This document shows, one piece after another, positions 1 to 7,820 of a stretch of 64,000 nt of DNA. Position numbers and translations under genes: made by a program. The number at the start of each line of letters is the position of its first letter. Position 1 is the first letter of the stretch. Under the pieces are notes generated by a model, which was not told the origin of the DNA, did no database searches, and saw only the letters and a program-made list of their open reading frames with translations. Origin of the DNA: an uncultured Thiomicrospira sp. (GTDB lineage Bacteria > Pseudomonadota > Gammaproteobacteria > CAKMZV01). Location: assembly GCA_965195345.1 (NCBI GenBank), contig OZ239628.1, forward strand, positions 1,152,001-1,216,000, in the 5' to 3' direction.

Positions 1-26
1 AATTGAAAAACTACAGGAGGCTCGTA

Positions 27-272
27 ATGACTGAATTTATTTGCAATGCGGTTATAGATGGATTGGATTCAGAAATATACAAGAATACTCAAAACAGGCT
101 GTACGCAAAAAATGTTAATGGCATGATGAGTTTTCAAACGAAGAAAGGACAAGCACACCTTCAAAGCCTGATTGACAAGGCAAACAAAGTGCCACCGCCT
201 GCAACAGATGACAATCCACAAGAGGATGATCCAGACGGCCACGATGATGGTCCTTTCTTATTCCAAAGGTAG
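27..272 (+). CDS. Small proviral protein, possibly a positional equivalent of the PM2 late transcription activators
   Basis: AGGAGG at 15-20 and ATG at 27 (TAATG junction); acidic/Pro-rich tail. Function inferred from position only. Confidence 0.55.
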   Translation: MTEFICNAVIDGLDSEIYKNTQNRLYAKNVNGMMSFQTKKGQAHLQSLIDKANKVPPPATDDNPQEDDPDGHDDGPFLFQR

Positions 273-275
273 TAC

Positions 276-734
276 ATGAGCGAAGAAAACACAAACACAA
301 TTGATACCAGTGATGACACGATCAATAAAGGCTGGTCCACACTTGAAAATACTATTGTTGATAATCCTGTCATTGATCCAATTGAACCAGATGAACAAGC
401 AGAAGAGCAAACGGATCAACCTGATATTGCATGCGCGGATCTGTTTACCAAAACCTTGAAAATGGGGTTGGGTAATAAGTGGGTTAATGTTGACATTGCA
501 AAGATCGAGCCAGAAATACAAGAATGCGCAAAAGCGTGGGATGCTTTTTTTGTAAAAAGGTTTGGTGGTTTTCATGTTTTCTTAGAACGTTACGGCGTTG
601 AAGTAATGATGGTATTCAATACAGGATATTTGCTTTTCAAAGCAGTTGAACACAGAGAAGAACCCCTTGATCAAACAGAGGGCAAAAGTGGTAGAGCATC
701 CAAAGCAAACACACAACCAATAGACCCATTATGA
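276..734 (+). CDS. Proviral hypothetical protein
   Basis: 152-aa ORF with acidic N-terminus; ATGA overlap with the ATPase gene. Confidence 0.7.
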   Translation: MSEENTNTIDTSDDTINKGWSTLENTIVDNPVIDPIEPDEQAEEQTDQPDIACADLFTKTLKMGLGNKWVNVDIAKIEPEIQECAKAWDAFFVKRFGGFHVFLERYGVEVMMVFNTGYLLFKAVEHREEPLDQTEGKSGRASKANTQPIDPL

Positions 735-1390
735 GAAAAGACGGAAAAATCACGCTTATATTAGGCGTTACTGGATCGGGCAAGACATCGATCGCAAAGG
801 CTTTGATGAAATCACAAAAACGTATATTAGCGTATGATCCAAAACTGGAATTTTGCCAGTTATCAGGATTTGTTAAAACAGAAAGCCAACGTCAATTGTT
901 GGAAAAACTAAAAGCAACAAAGGCAAGCGGGCGAATCGCGCATTGTGTCGCGCAATCCTCGAAAGAATTTGACTTTTTCACGCGATGCTTTAGCAATTGG
1001 GCGCGTCAAAAGGAATGCACGGCCGTGGTTGAGGAGTTATCAGCTGTTACCAGTGTAGGTAAGGCAAAAGATGGCTGGAATATAGCAGTTAATCAATCAA
1101 GAGCATTAGGTGCTAATGTGTTAGTTTTGGCACAAAAACCTGAAGAGATAGATAAAAGCACATTGGATCAGGCAAAAGAAATTTATTGTTGTCAAGTTTC
1201 AACGAAGACTGCAAGCTACATGGGCGATCGCTTTGGATTGGATGCTAAAGCATTAAAATCATTTCCAAGTGAACCGCTAAAGTTTATCCGCATAATAGCG
1301 GGTAAGGGATTAGATTTGTCGAATGGTAAAATTCAATTCAAAGACAAAGCACCGATGCTTTACAGTGGTAATAAATTATTGAAAACTTAG
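731..1390 (+). CDS. Genome-packaging ATPase, FtsK-HerA superfamily (PM2 P9-like)
   Basis: Walker A GVTGSGKT, Walker B VVEE, arginine-finger/sensor QSRALG..VLAQKP; 219 aa, similar in size to PM2 P9. Confidence 0.85.
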   Translation: MRKDGKITLILGVTGSGKTSIAKALMKSQKRILAYDPKLEFCQLSGFVKTESQRQLLEKLKATKASGRIAHCVAQSSKEFDFFTRCFSNWARQKECTAVVEELSAVTSVGKAKDGWNIAVNQSRALGANVLVLAQKPEEIDKSTLDQAKEIYCCQVSTKTASYMGDRFGLDAKALKSFPSEPLKFIRIIAGKGLDLSNGKIQFKDKAPMLYSGNKLLKT

Positions 1391-1421
1391 TAAATCGGGT
1401 GTCATTTTTCTAAATTTCATA

Positions 1422-2783
1422 TCATATATGATCTTTAGGATCGAAGCCTTCAGGAAAAATTGTGTAGATGTTATAAGCAATCTCTTTTAAATTTGCCCCT
1501 TCTAAAATCGCCCCTTCTAAAATCGCCCCTTCTAAATTCGCCCTTTCTAAATTCGCCCCTTCTAAATTCGCCTCAATTAAATTCGCCAATATTAAATCCG
1601 CCTCAATTAAATTCGCCCTTTCTAAATTCGCCCCTTCTAAAGCCGCATCTACTAAATTCTTCTCTTGTAAATTCGCCTCTTGTAAATTCGCCCCTCGTAA
1701 ATTCGCCCATTCTAACTTCACCCCTTGCAAATCCGCCCCAAATAAATCCGCCCTTTCTAAATTCGCCCCTTGTAAATCCGCATTTACTAAATTCGTGTTT
1801 TGTAAATTCGCGTCTTGTAAATTAGCCCTTTGTAAATTCGCCTCTTGTAAATTCGCCCCTCGTAAATTCGCCACTTCTAAATTCGCCCCTCGTAAATTCG
1901 CCCCTTGTAAATTCGCCACTTCTAAATTCGCGTCTTGTAAATTCGTCCTAAATAACTTAGCATCTCGTAAATCCGCCCCTTCTAAATTCGCCCCTTCTAA
2001 ATTTGCTAAAGTGAAATTACTACTTGAAAGACTAGCTTTTTTCAGAGATGAAAAAGAAAAGTTATTTTTCACTTGAAATGTATTACTTAAATCAAGATGA
2101 TCTAATATTGCATTTTTATACTGAATTTTTGAGGAATCATGAGCTTTAGATGTTTGGGGGGGGGGTATGGGTATTTCTGCTTGCACTATTACTTCCTTTT
2201 GTTCTTGTTTTTGTTCTTGTTCTTGTTCTTGTTCTTGTTCTTGTTCTTGTTCTTGTTCTTGTTTTTGTTCTTGTTTTTGTTCTTGTTTTTGTTCTTGTTT
2301 TTGTTCTTGTTCTTGTTTTTGTTTTTGTTCTTGTTCTTGTTCTTGTTTTTGTTTTTGTTTTTGTTCTTGGTTGCCTCTTGTAATGTTATCTATCTGATCT
2401 GTGAATGCGGGCAAGTTTCTTCTTGCATCAGCTATTGATCTTATACCTATAGCCTTTCTTTCCTCGGCATCAGAAGACAAGAGATCATATGCACTAGTTA
2501 AGAGTGAAAGATAGTGACCGTCTTTGGTGTCTTGTGTTCTGAATAACCATAAGGCAATAAATACAGGCAATCCCAATAGCAAAGCTCTTAATGAAGTTAT
2601 TTCTACTGGAGTTCTAAGTCCTAATTTCTCACAGAAAAAGTTCAATACTGACCAATCAAATGTATGAAATATTATGTTGCCACTGATAAAAAACCACCCG
2701 GTTAAACTGGAGGCTAATAAAATAAATAATCGGGTTATTTTTAATTTATCAAGCTCGCTCAATTTTTTTGTATGCCGCTCCAT
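1422..2783 (-). CDS. Membrane-anchored pentapeptide-repeat protein (paralog 1) with (QE/QK)n linker
   Basis: Two hydrophobic segments (LFILLASSLTGWFF, LLLGLPVFIALWLF), ~35 A(N/D)LxG-type repeats plus ~8 degenerate ones, C-terminal TIFPEGFDP. Start placed at 2783 from the AGGA spacing; ORF track extends to 2891. Confidence 0.85.
   Translation of the reverse strand: MERHTKKLSELDKLKITRLFILLASSLTGWFFISGNIIFHTFDWSVLNFFCEKLGLRTPVEITSLRALLLGLPVFIALWLFRTQDTKDGHYLSLLTSAYDLLSSDAEERKAIGIRSIADARRNLPAFTDQIDNITRGNQEQKQKQKQEQEQEQKQKQEQEQKQEQKQEQKQEQKQEQEQEQEQEQEQEQEQKQEQKEVIVQAEIPIPPPQTSKAHDSSKIQYKNAILDHLDLSNTFQVKNNFSFSSLKKASLSSSNFTLANLEGANLEGADLRDAKLFRTNLQDANLEVANLQGANLRGANLEVANLRGANLQEANLQRANLQDANLQNTNLVNADLQGANLERADLFGADLQGVKLEWANLRGANLQEANLQEKNLVDAALEGANLERANLIEADLILANLIEANLEGANLERANLEGAILEGAILEGANLKEIAYNIYTIFPEGFDPKDHI
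1482..2007. repeat. 15-bp tandem repeats encoding pentapeptide repeats
   Basis: Units such as TCTAAATTCGCCCCT and TGTAAATTCGCCCCT, ~35 copies. Confidence 0.9.
2156..2165. repeat. G10 homopolymer inside paralog 1 (encodes PPP on the minus strand)
   Basis: tttGGGGGGGGGGtatgg. Confidence 0.9.
2196..2369. repeat. Hexanucleotide microsatellite (TTGTTC/TTGTTT) x ~29 encoding (QE/QK)n
   Basis: Read directly; 29 Q-E/K dipeptides in the translation. Confidence 0.95.
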
Positions 2784-2822
2784 TGACATTTCCTTTTTTT
2801 GTTTGATTATTAAGGCAATTGT

Positions 2823-2994
2823 ACCCGCTCCGTCTGCGAAAGTTAAAAAAGTGCTTGACACGCGTCTGCATGTGTTTTGTATAAGTCGCATTTAATTATT
2901 AAATGACTGTTTTACTTTGGAGAAAGAATGAACAAAAGCACAATGAAAACGATTACGGGCGTAGTATTTACTGCTGCGGTCGCATTCGCAACGG
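2823..2994 (+). repeat. Direct repeat copy A (late promoter + P7 5' end); partner at 12461-12633
   Basis: Manual alignment gives ~13 differences over ~172 bp (~92% identity). Confidence 0.95.
2855..2885 (+). promoter_or_regulatory. Putative sigma70 promoter for the structural genes
   Basis: TTGACA (2855-2860), 19-bp spacer, TATAAG (2880-2885); GGAG precedes ATG 2928. Confidence 0.5.
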
Positions 2995-3053
2995 TTGCAA
3001 TTGCAACGCGTTTTAAACCAGCACGTAAAGTGTTGAACGTTGACAACTATTAA
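2928..3053 (+). CDS. Small virion membrane protein, PM2 P7-like (41 aa; not in ORF track)
   Basis: MNKSTMKTITGVVFTAAVAFATVAIATRFKPARKVLNVDNY; GGAG RBS; directly precedes the capsid gene, as PM2 gene VII does. Confidence 0.75.
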   Translation: MNKSTMKTITGVVFTAAVAFATVAIATRFKPARKVLNVDNY

Positions 3054-3062
3054 GAGGTTGCG

Positions 3063-3836
3063 ATGAGAATTAGACAACAAAAACTTGATTCGCCTAATGG
3101 AGGCGGATTTGATAACGATTTTATCTTTACCCTGCCAAAAGGCATCAGCATTCATGAAGTGGCATTCGTGCTTTCTGCAATGGCTATAAGCGATGTCAAA
3201 AAGGTAGTGGTTGAAATAGACGGCGTTACTAACGTTGAATGCAGTGGAGAAGATTTGTCCCTATTGCAAGCACTCTACTCAAAACCACAAAAAGACAACA
3301 CTCTGATTATTCCTTTTTCAGGGCAAAACAGTCAAACGTGGGAAGGAGCAACGGACGGACTATTGACAATATTACCAAATGAACAATGCGTTATCCGCTT
3401 AAGCATTGGTGCTGGTAATGGCAATCCCTCAGTTGATGGTTTCATCCGTTATCAGTTTGCAGCAACTCGCACGGCATTACCAAGAATACAACGCATTCCC
3501 CTGCCCCAAGTTGAGGTTGGCGAGCGTTTGTTTTCTTACCCCCATGCACGCCGTTTTGTTCGCACAATGATATTGACTGGTGGCGCACCTGATAAATTCA
3601 AGATTGTGCAAAACGGGCAAGCGTTGTTTGTAACGAGCGATGAATTAAATCGTTTCATGTTAGAGCGCAACGGGCTAACGCCTCAAGACGGGCATTTTGC
3701 CTTTGTTCCAGCAATGGAAGGTTTTGAAGCGGCTGACAAGCTCAATGGTGCTAATGCACGTATTGAATTTTCAGCAACGGAAGTGGGTGCAACGTCTGTG
3801 CTTATTCACACGATTGAACCTACTCAAGCACAGTAA
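3063..3836 (+). CDS. Major capsid protein, double jelly-roll (PM2 P2-like)
   Basis: 257 aa, beta-rich; N-terminal LPKG...VKKVVVEIDG resembles the recalled PM2 P2 pattern LPIG...IKNVRVELDG; GAGG RBS; position after ATPase and P7. Confidence 0.8.
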   Translation: MRIRQQKLDSPNGGGFDNDFIFTLPKGISIHEVAFVLSAMAISDVKKVVVEIDGVTNVECSGEDLSLLQALYSKPQKDNTLIIPFSGQNSQTWEGATDGLLTILPNEQCVIRLSIGAGNGNPSVDGFIRYQFAATRTALPRIQRIPLPQVEVGERLFSYPHARRFVRTMILTGGAPDKFKIVQNGQALFVTSDELNRFMLERNGLTPQDGHFAFVPAMEGFEAADKLNGANARIEFSATEVGATSVLIHTIEPTQAQ

Positions 3837-4183
3837 TGAGTAAACTTTCGTTGAATGACATCATTCGAGGCGGTCAAGACATCACCCGCGATATTGAAAA
3901 CGCGGGTGATACTGATATTAGCAACGAGATAGGCAATGCAGGAACACGCTTATTGAATGAACCAATCAAATATTCACCCATCCACCCTACACAAGCAAGC
4001 ATTGCGGGAAGCGAGCCTATTCATAAAACAGGCGCGCCATTGGCATTGTTTGGTGCTGGTGCGGGAGTTGGTGCGGGATATGGTTTATCGCAAGCCCTAT
4101 CCTCCCCCATTGGGAAAGTAGGCTTGGCAGTGGTTGCTACTGTATTGGGTGCATTTGTAATTAAGCGGTTTAAGTTAGCATGA
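3836..4183 (+). CDS. Virion membrane protein (P3-like by position)
   Basis: TAATG coupling to the capsid gene; C-terminal TM followed by KRFK. Confidence 0.65.
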   Translation: MSKLSLNDIIRGGQDITRDIENAGDTDISNEIGNAGTRLLNEPIKYSPIHPTQASIAGSEPIHKTGAPLALFGAGAGVGAGYGLSQALSSPIGKVGLAVVATVLGAFVIKRFKLA

Positions 4184-4398
4184 TCTCGCCACTCGGACCC
4201 GTTTCAGCAGGTGGCGATATTTCGCCTGATCTATCATCAACCGCAACAAGTGGTGATGCGAGCAATGATAGTGAAAATAACTTTAGCTTTGGAGATAAGC
4301 ACATCAACAACGGCGCACAAGGCATTCCAGCATGGATTGCTGTTGCAGGTGGTATTTTAATCGCGGGTGGATTATGGTTTTTTGGACGGCGGGCATAG
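4180..4398 (+). CDS. Virion membrane protein, PM2 P8-like
   Basis: 72 aa; SSTATSG..FSFG then C-terminal TM and GRR, similar to P8 architecture; ATGA coupling. Confidence 0.7.
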   Translation: MISPLGPVSAGGDISPDLSSTATSGDASNDSENNFSFGDKHINNGAQGIPAWIAVAGGILIAGGLWFFGRRA

Positions 4399-4730
4399 AT
4401 GAAACATTTGTGCCTGCAGGCATTAAAAAAGCACTTGGTACTGCCCTCGATGAAATCAAAATGGAATGTATCAAGGGCGTTAGTCAATGCTGGAAATTTA
4501 ACAATGGGCGTTTCATTACCCGCATTGAGCATAAGGAGTTAGTGATTGTGGCATTTACTGGACGCAATACTTCAAATGTTTTTTCAGCAATCTATCAATC
4601 TGCAAAGAATGGTGGTTTTCAATCGATCCGCATTCACACGAACAATCCAAAATGGGTGCGCTTTATTCGCATTAAAGGGTTTGTATTTGATGAAGTAGCA
4701 ATCGGTATATATCGGCTGGAGGTTGCGTAA
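4374..4730 (+). CDS. Corticovirus-like hypothetical protein (possible GNAT-like fold)
   Basis: ELVIVAFTG...AKNGGFQSIRIHT...GF; TAATG coupling to next gene. Start uncertain (track gives 4332). Confidence 0.6.
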   Translation: MVFWTAGIDETFVPAGIKKALGTALDEIKMECIKGVSQCWKFNNGRFITRIEHKELVIVAFTGRNTSNVFSAIYQSAKNGGFQSIRIHTNNPKWVRFIRIKGFVFDEVAIGIYRLEVA

Positions 4731-5146
4731 TGGGCGGTAGTAGCAAAAGCAGAACCAGTGCGGACGTTTTCAATCAACAGCAAGATAGATCGGTTGTTTT
4801 TGCACCAAGTGGTAACGGAAATCAAACGGCCGTAACTGGCAATGTTGGCGGTGATGTAGTTATTGAGAACACGGATCATGGCGCAATTGAAGCATCGTTT
4901 AGTTTTGGCGAGCGCATTGGCGCATTGGCGATTGATAGAAGTGCAGATTCAGCAGAGTTTGCAATTGAGGCGGTACAGGATGCCCATCGTGAAGCAAGCG
5001 AAAGCGCAAGCGAGCAAAACAAAGCATTCAGTGGCGCAATCAGTGCATTCAAATCAGAAACGCAAGGCATTGGTAAAAACCTCTTGATCGTTAGCGGAGC
5101 GGGCGCGATTTCTTTAGTAGCGGTTGTATTTTTAATTAAGAAATAA
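4730..5146 (+). CDS. Membrane/DNA-delivery protein, PM2 P10-like
   Basis: MGGSSKS N-terminus, TDHGA motif, C-terminal TM ending KK; GGAGG RBS. Confidence 0.65.
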   Translation: MGGSSKSRTSADVFNQQQDRSVVFAPSGNGNQTAVTGNVGGDVVIENTDHGAIEASFSFGERIGALAIDRSADSAEFAIEAVQDAHREASESASEQNKAFSGAISAFKSETQGIGKNLLIVSGAGAISLVAVVFLIKK

Positions 5147-5147
5147 C

Positions 5148-5579
5148 ATGGCAAGAATAAACATAAAAGCGCATGGCGCGATCGATTTACCAATCAATCA
5201 GCGATTTATTCTTTTTCTTAGTAGTTCACGTGCAACGATTGAAGGCGTACGGATCACTCGAGGATTAACAGTTGAGCGTTCAGAATTAGAGCCACTAATC
5301 CGCATTGAAAATCCAAGCAACACTTATACAACAATTGATTATGTCATAAGTGGCAACCGCATTATTATCCCTGTCAATGATGTAGTAATCAGCGAAGCAA
5401 TAGCAATTAGTAATGCGGTAGAAATTGCCAATGCAATTGAAATAAGCAATCAAGTATCAGAAGCCAAGATTGCGCGCAGTGTCGTCATTGGTAACTACTA
5501 CATAGCGCATCCTGATGAAGTGCCAGAGGCAGAACATCCAGCAGACTTGCAAAAAATATTAGAGAAAATCGGAGTTTAA
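5148..5579 (+). CDS. Putative vertex/penton or spike-base protein
   Basis: Beta-rich N-terminus then hexad repeats ISEAIA-ISNAVE-IANAIE-ISNQVS; position after the P10-like gene. Confidence 0.5.
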   Translation: MARINIKAHGAIDLPINQRFILFLSSSRATIEGVRITRGLTVERSELEPLIRIENPSNTYTTIDYVISGNRIIIPVNDVVISEAIAISNAVEIANAIEISNQVSEAKIARSVVIGNYYIAHPDEVPEAEHPADLQKILEKIGV

Positions 5580-5581
5580 CA

Positions 5582-6094
5582 ATGGCAAACAAATATCAAT
5601 CTTACGAAGAACGACAAAACGATCGCATTAGCGCATTGGAGCAAGTCAATGGTATAGAGGTCGATGATGGCAATGTTGGCATACCGTCTATCAAAGGCGA
5701 GCAAGGCGAAAAAGGCGAGCAAGGCATACAGGGCGTACAGGGCGTACAGGGCGAAAAAGGCGACAACGGTGCAGATGGGATAACGACTAACTATATTGAT
5801 ATAGACGTTGTAAAAAACCAGACCTACATAATTCCGCACTCGCTTGGTGCATTGCCTAAAGGCGTACAGTTGTCCGTAAAGATTACCGATGCTGAACGTA
5901 GTGATTTTTCTGTTAACAAATGGCGTTTAATTTCTTCTCCAACGGATTTTTGGAGCGGTCGCCAGCATCATGTAGGCGCAATAGTGGCAATAAATGTTTC
6001 AGAAATAGAGATACAAACGGGGAATTTACTCTACCACGATGAATCAGACGATACGTCCATGGATGCTGGAACTGTCCGCGTCACTTATTTTTAA
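5582..6094 (+). CDS. Collagen-repeat spike / receptor-binding protein
   Basis: Nine consecutive Gly-X-Y triplets (GEQGEKGEQGIQGVQGVQGEKGDNGADG), N-terminal RISALE coil, C-terminal beta domain (HSLGALP). Confidence 0.7.
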   Translation: MANKYQSYEERQNDRISALEQVNGIEVDDGNVGIPSIKGEQGEKGEQGIQGVQGVQGEKGDNGADGITTNYIDIDVVKNQTYIIPHSLGALPKGVQLSVKITDAERSDFSVNKWRLISSPTDFWSGRQHHVGAIVAINVSEIEIQTGNLLYHDESDDTSMDAGTVRVTYF

Positions 6095-6109
6095 TTTATA
6101 AGGAAAAAA

Positions 6110-6499
6110 ATGAGCAAATTTTTAGCATTTAACAAAAAAGGCGAGTGTGTAAGTATTGTTGATGAAAAAGTATTTCTAAACACAACCTATGCAGAAGCCC
6201 CTAAAGGCGCAAATAAAAGAAACTTCACGAACTATGTTATTCGTGATGATGGAACAGTAGAGGAAAAATCAAAAAAAGAAATAGAACAAGAAGCAGTTGC
6301 AGGCTTATTGGCGGGCATAAAAGAAAGACGTAATGCCCTGCTCGCCCGCTCCGACTGGACACAATTGGCAGATGTTGCATTGAGTAATGAAGCAGGTGTG
6401 GAATGGACGCAATACCGCGCAAAGTTGCGTGCAATTGCTGATGGGATAACAACAGCCAAAGAAGCGGATGCCGTTGTTTTTCCTGATGAGCCTGCCTAA
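6110..6499 (+). CDS. Phage tail-fibre assembly chaperone-like protein
   Basis: RNALLARSDWTQLADV...WTQYRAKLR...FPDEP motif; AAGGA RBS. Confidence 0.8.
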   Translation: MSKFLAFNKKGECVSIVDEKVFLNTTYAEAPKGANKRNFTNYVIRDDGTVEEKSKKEIEQEAVAGLLAGIKERRNALLARSDWTQLADVALSNEAGVEWTQYRAKLRAIADGITTAKEADAVVFPDEPA

Positions 6500-6651
6500 T
6501 GGGTCAATCTGTTGGATTTATTGCAGGATTTGCTATTGTGTATTTACTTTTATCGATAAAACCAACCGATAAACAGCTTGCAGAAAGTGGCAACAAGATA
6601 GCACAGAAACGTGTTAATCATGATTATGTTAATGAGTTTGGCAAGTTGTGA
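6499..6651 (+). CDS. Small membrane protein (50 aa; not in ORF track)
   Basis: MGQSVGFIAGFAIVYLLLSIKP...; TAATG coupling upstream and GTGA coupling downstream. Confidence 0.65.
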   Translation: MGQSVGFIAGFAIVYLLLSIKPTDKQLAESGNKIAQKRVNHDYVNEFGKL

Positions 6652-7148
6652 AAGTAGGTTTATTTGCAGGCGCATTGCTTGCAGTTTTAGTCTTTTATTT
6701 AGGGAAAGAAATGCAAAGAAGAAAACCGAGAGGAATTAGAAATAATAACCCTGGGAACATAACGATAAATTTTAGCAATCGTTGGAAAGGTTCAATTCCA
6801 CGCTCCCAAAACACAGACGGTCGTTTTGTCCAGTTTATGACGATGGAAGCAGGCGTGCGCGCTATGACGATTGTGATCATCAACTACTACAAACGTGGAT
6901 TGACGACAATACGCGAAATTATTTCAACTTATGCGCCCTCTTTTGAAAACAAAACGGACGCTTATATTGATCACGTTGAAGATCGGATTGACATTGATGA
7001 AAATCAACATCTTGATCGGGATATGTTCATTGAAAAGATGCCGCTAATTGTCAAGGCAATAATCAGACATGAAAACGGCGAAACCATTGATCCTCAAGAA
7101 GTTTCAGCAGGTGTTTTTATGGGTAAAAAAGATAAAGGATTTTTATGA
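6648..7148 (+). CDS. Virion lytic/structural protein, PM2 P5-like
   Basis: N-terminal TM; RGIRNNNPGNI, F..MEAGVRA, YAPSFENKTDAYI and IIRHENG motifs. Confidence 0.85.
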   Translation: MKVGLFAGALLAVLVFYLGKEMQRRKPRGIRNNNPGNITINFSNRWKGSIPRSQNTDGRFVQFMTMEAGVRAMTIVIINYYKRGLTTIREIISTYAPSFENKTDAYIDHVEDRIDIDENQHLDRDMFIEKMPLIVKAIIRHENGETIDPQEVSAGVFMGKKDKGFL

Positions 7149-7558
7149 TATTTGACTGGATTGCAGACATATTTGAAACAAGTTCAAAGCACATAGACGA
7201 GTGGTTTACCACTGATGAAGAACGCGACAAAATGCGCAACGAATTTGCACGCATTAAGAACGCTGTTTCTATTAAGGTGCTGGCATTAGAAAAACAGCTG
7301 CTAACGGCGCAAACAAAAATAATTACCGCAGAGGCACAAGGGCAATCATGGCTACAACGCTCATGGCGTCCAATAACGATGCTTACCTTTTTAATTCTGG
7401 TCGTACTTGATTCAGGTGGACACTTAGCAAATCCACTTGCACCCGAAGCATGGACGCTTTTGCAAATTGGGATTGGTGGGTATGTAGTCGGGCGAAGCGT
7501 TGAAAAAATCGCGCCTAAAGTAATTGACACATTGAATCAAAATAATGGACGGGTTTAG
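7145..7558 (+). CDS. Holin, 3TM (GTA-holin-like) family
   Basis: TTDEER...AEAQGQSWLQRSWRP + TM + IGGYVVGRSVEK. Confidence 0.8.
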   Translation: MIFDWIADIFETSSKHIDEWFTTDEERDKMRNEFARIKNAVSIKVLALEKQLLTAQTKIITAEAQGQSWLQRSWRPITMLTFLILVVLDSGGHLANPLAPEAWTLLQIGIGGYVVGRSVEKIAPKVIDTLNQNNGRV

Positions 7559-7820
7559 TTTTTTTGAACTCATAGCGGGCGGTATTGGTGTTCAGCTGAT
7601 CGCTAATTATTTGATAACACAACGCGCAGTGCAGTCAGCTGTTCAATCAATAGACAAGCGTTTACTGGTTTTAGAACATAAACAAGCTGAAATGGAAAAG
7701 GAATACATTAGTGATTCAGAATGCAAACACAGAATGCAAACGATAGAAACAGATAAATACAAAGAAATTGCGAAAAACTTAGAAAAAGCAGGTTACCACA
7801 AACCACAAACAAGATTATGA
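7545..7820 (+). CDS. Small membrane/coiled-coil protein (lysis accessory?)
   Basis: N-terminal TM followed by DKRLLVLE coiled coil; overlaps the holin end. Confidence 0.6.
   Translation: MDGFSFFELIAGGIGVQLIANYLITQRAVQSAVQSIDKRLLVLEHKQAEMEKEYISDSECKHRMQTIETDKYKEIAKNLEKAGYHKPQTRL

Noticed and set aside
731-1390. Zot-like ATPase of a filamentous phage or a conjugative VirB4/TraG
   Set aside because: No TM or C-terminal extension, and the neighbours fit an icosahedral membrane-containing virus.
1460-2076. Plus-strand ORFs with NSPLL / CKFAP repeats (also 9390-9713, 10055-10777, 10410-10745)
   Set aside because: Antisense shadows of the 15-bp pentapeptide repeats; the minus-strand frame has the RBS, TM domains and family motifs.
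2139-2438. Poly-(FL), poly-(VL) and Cys-rich (CS)n ORFs
   Set aside because: Alternative frames of the hexanucleotide microsatellite, not metallothioneins or membrane peptides.
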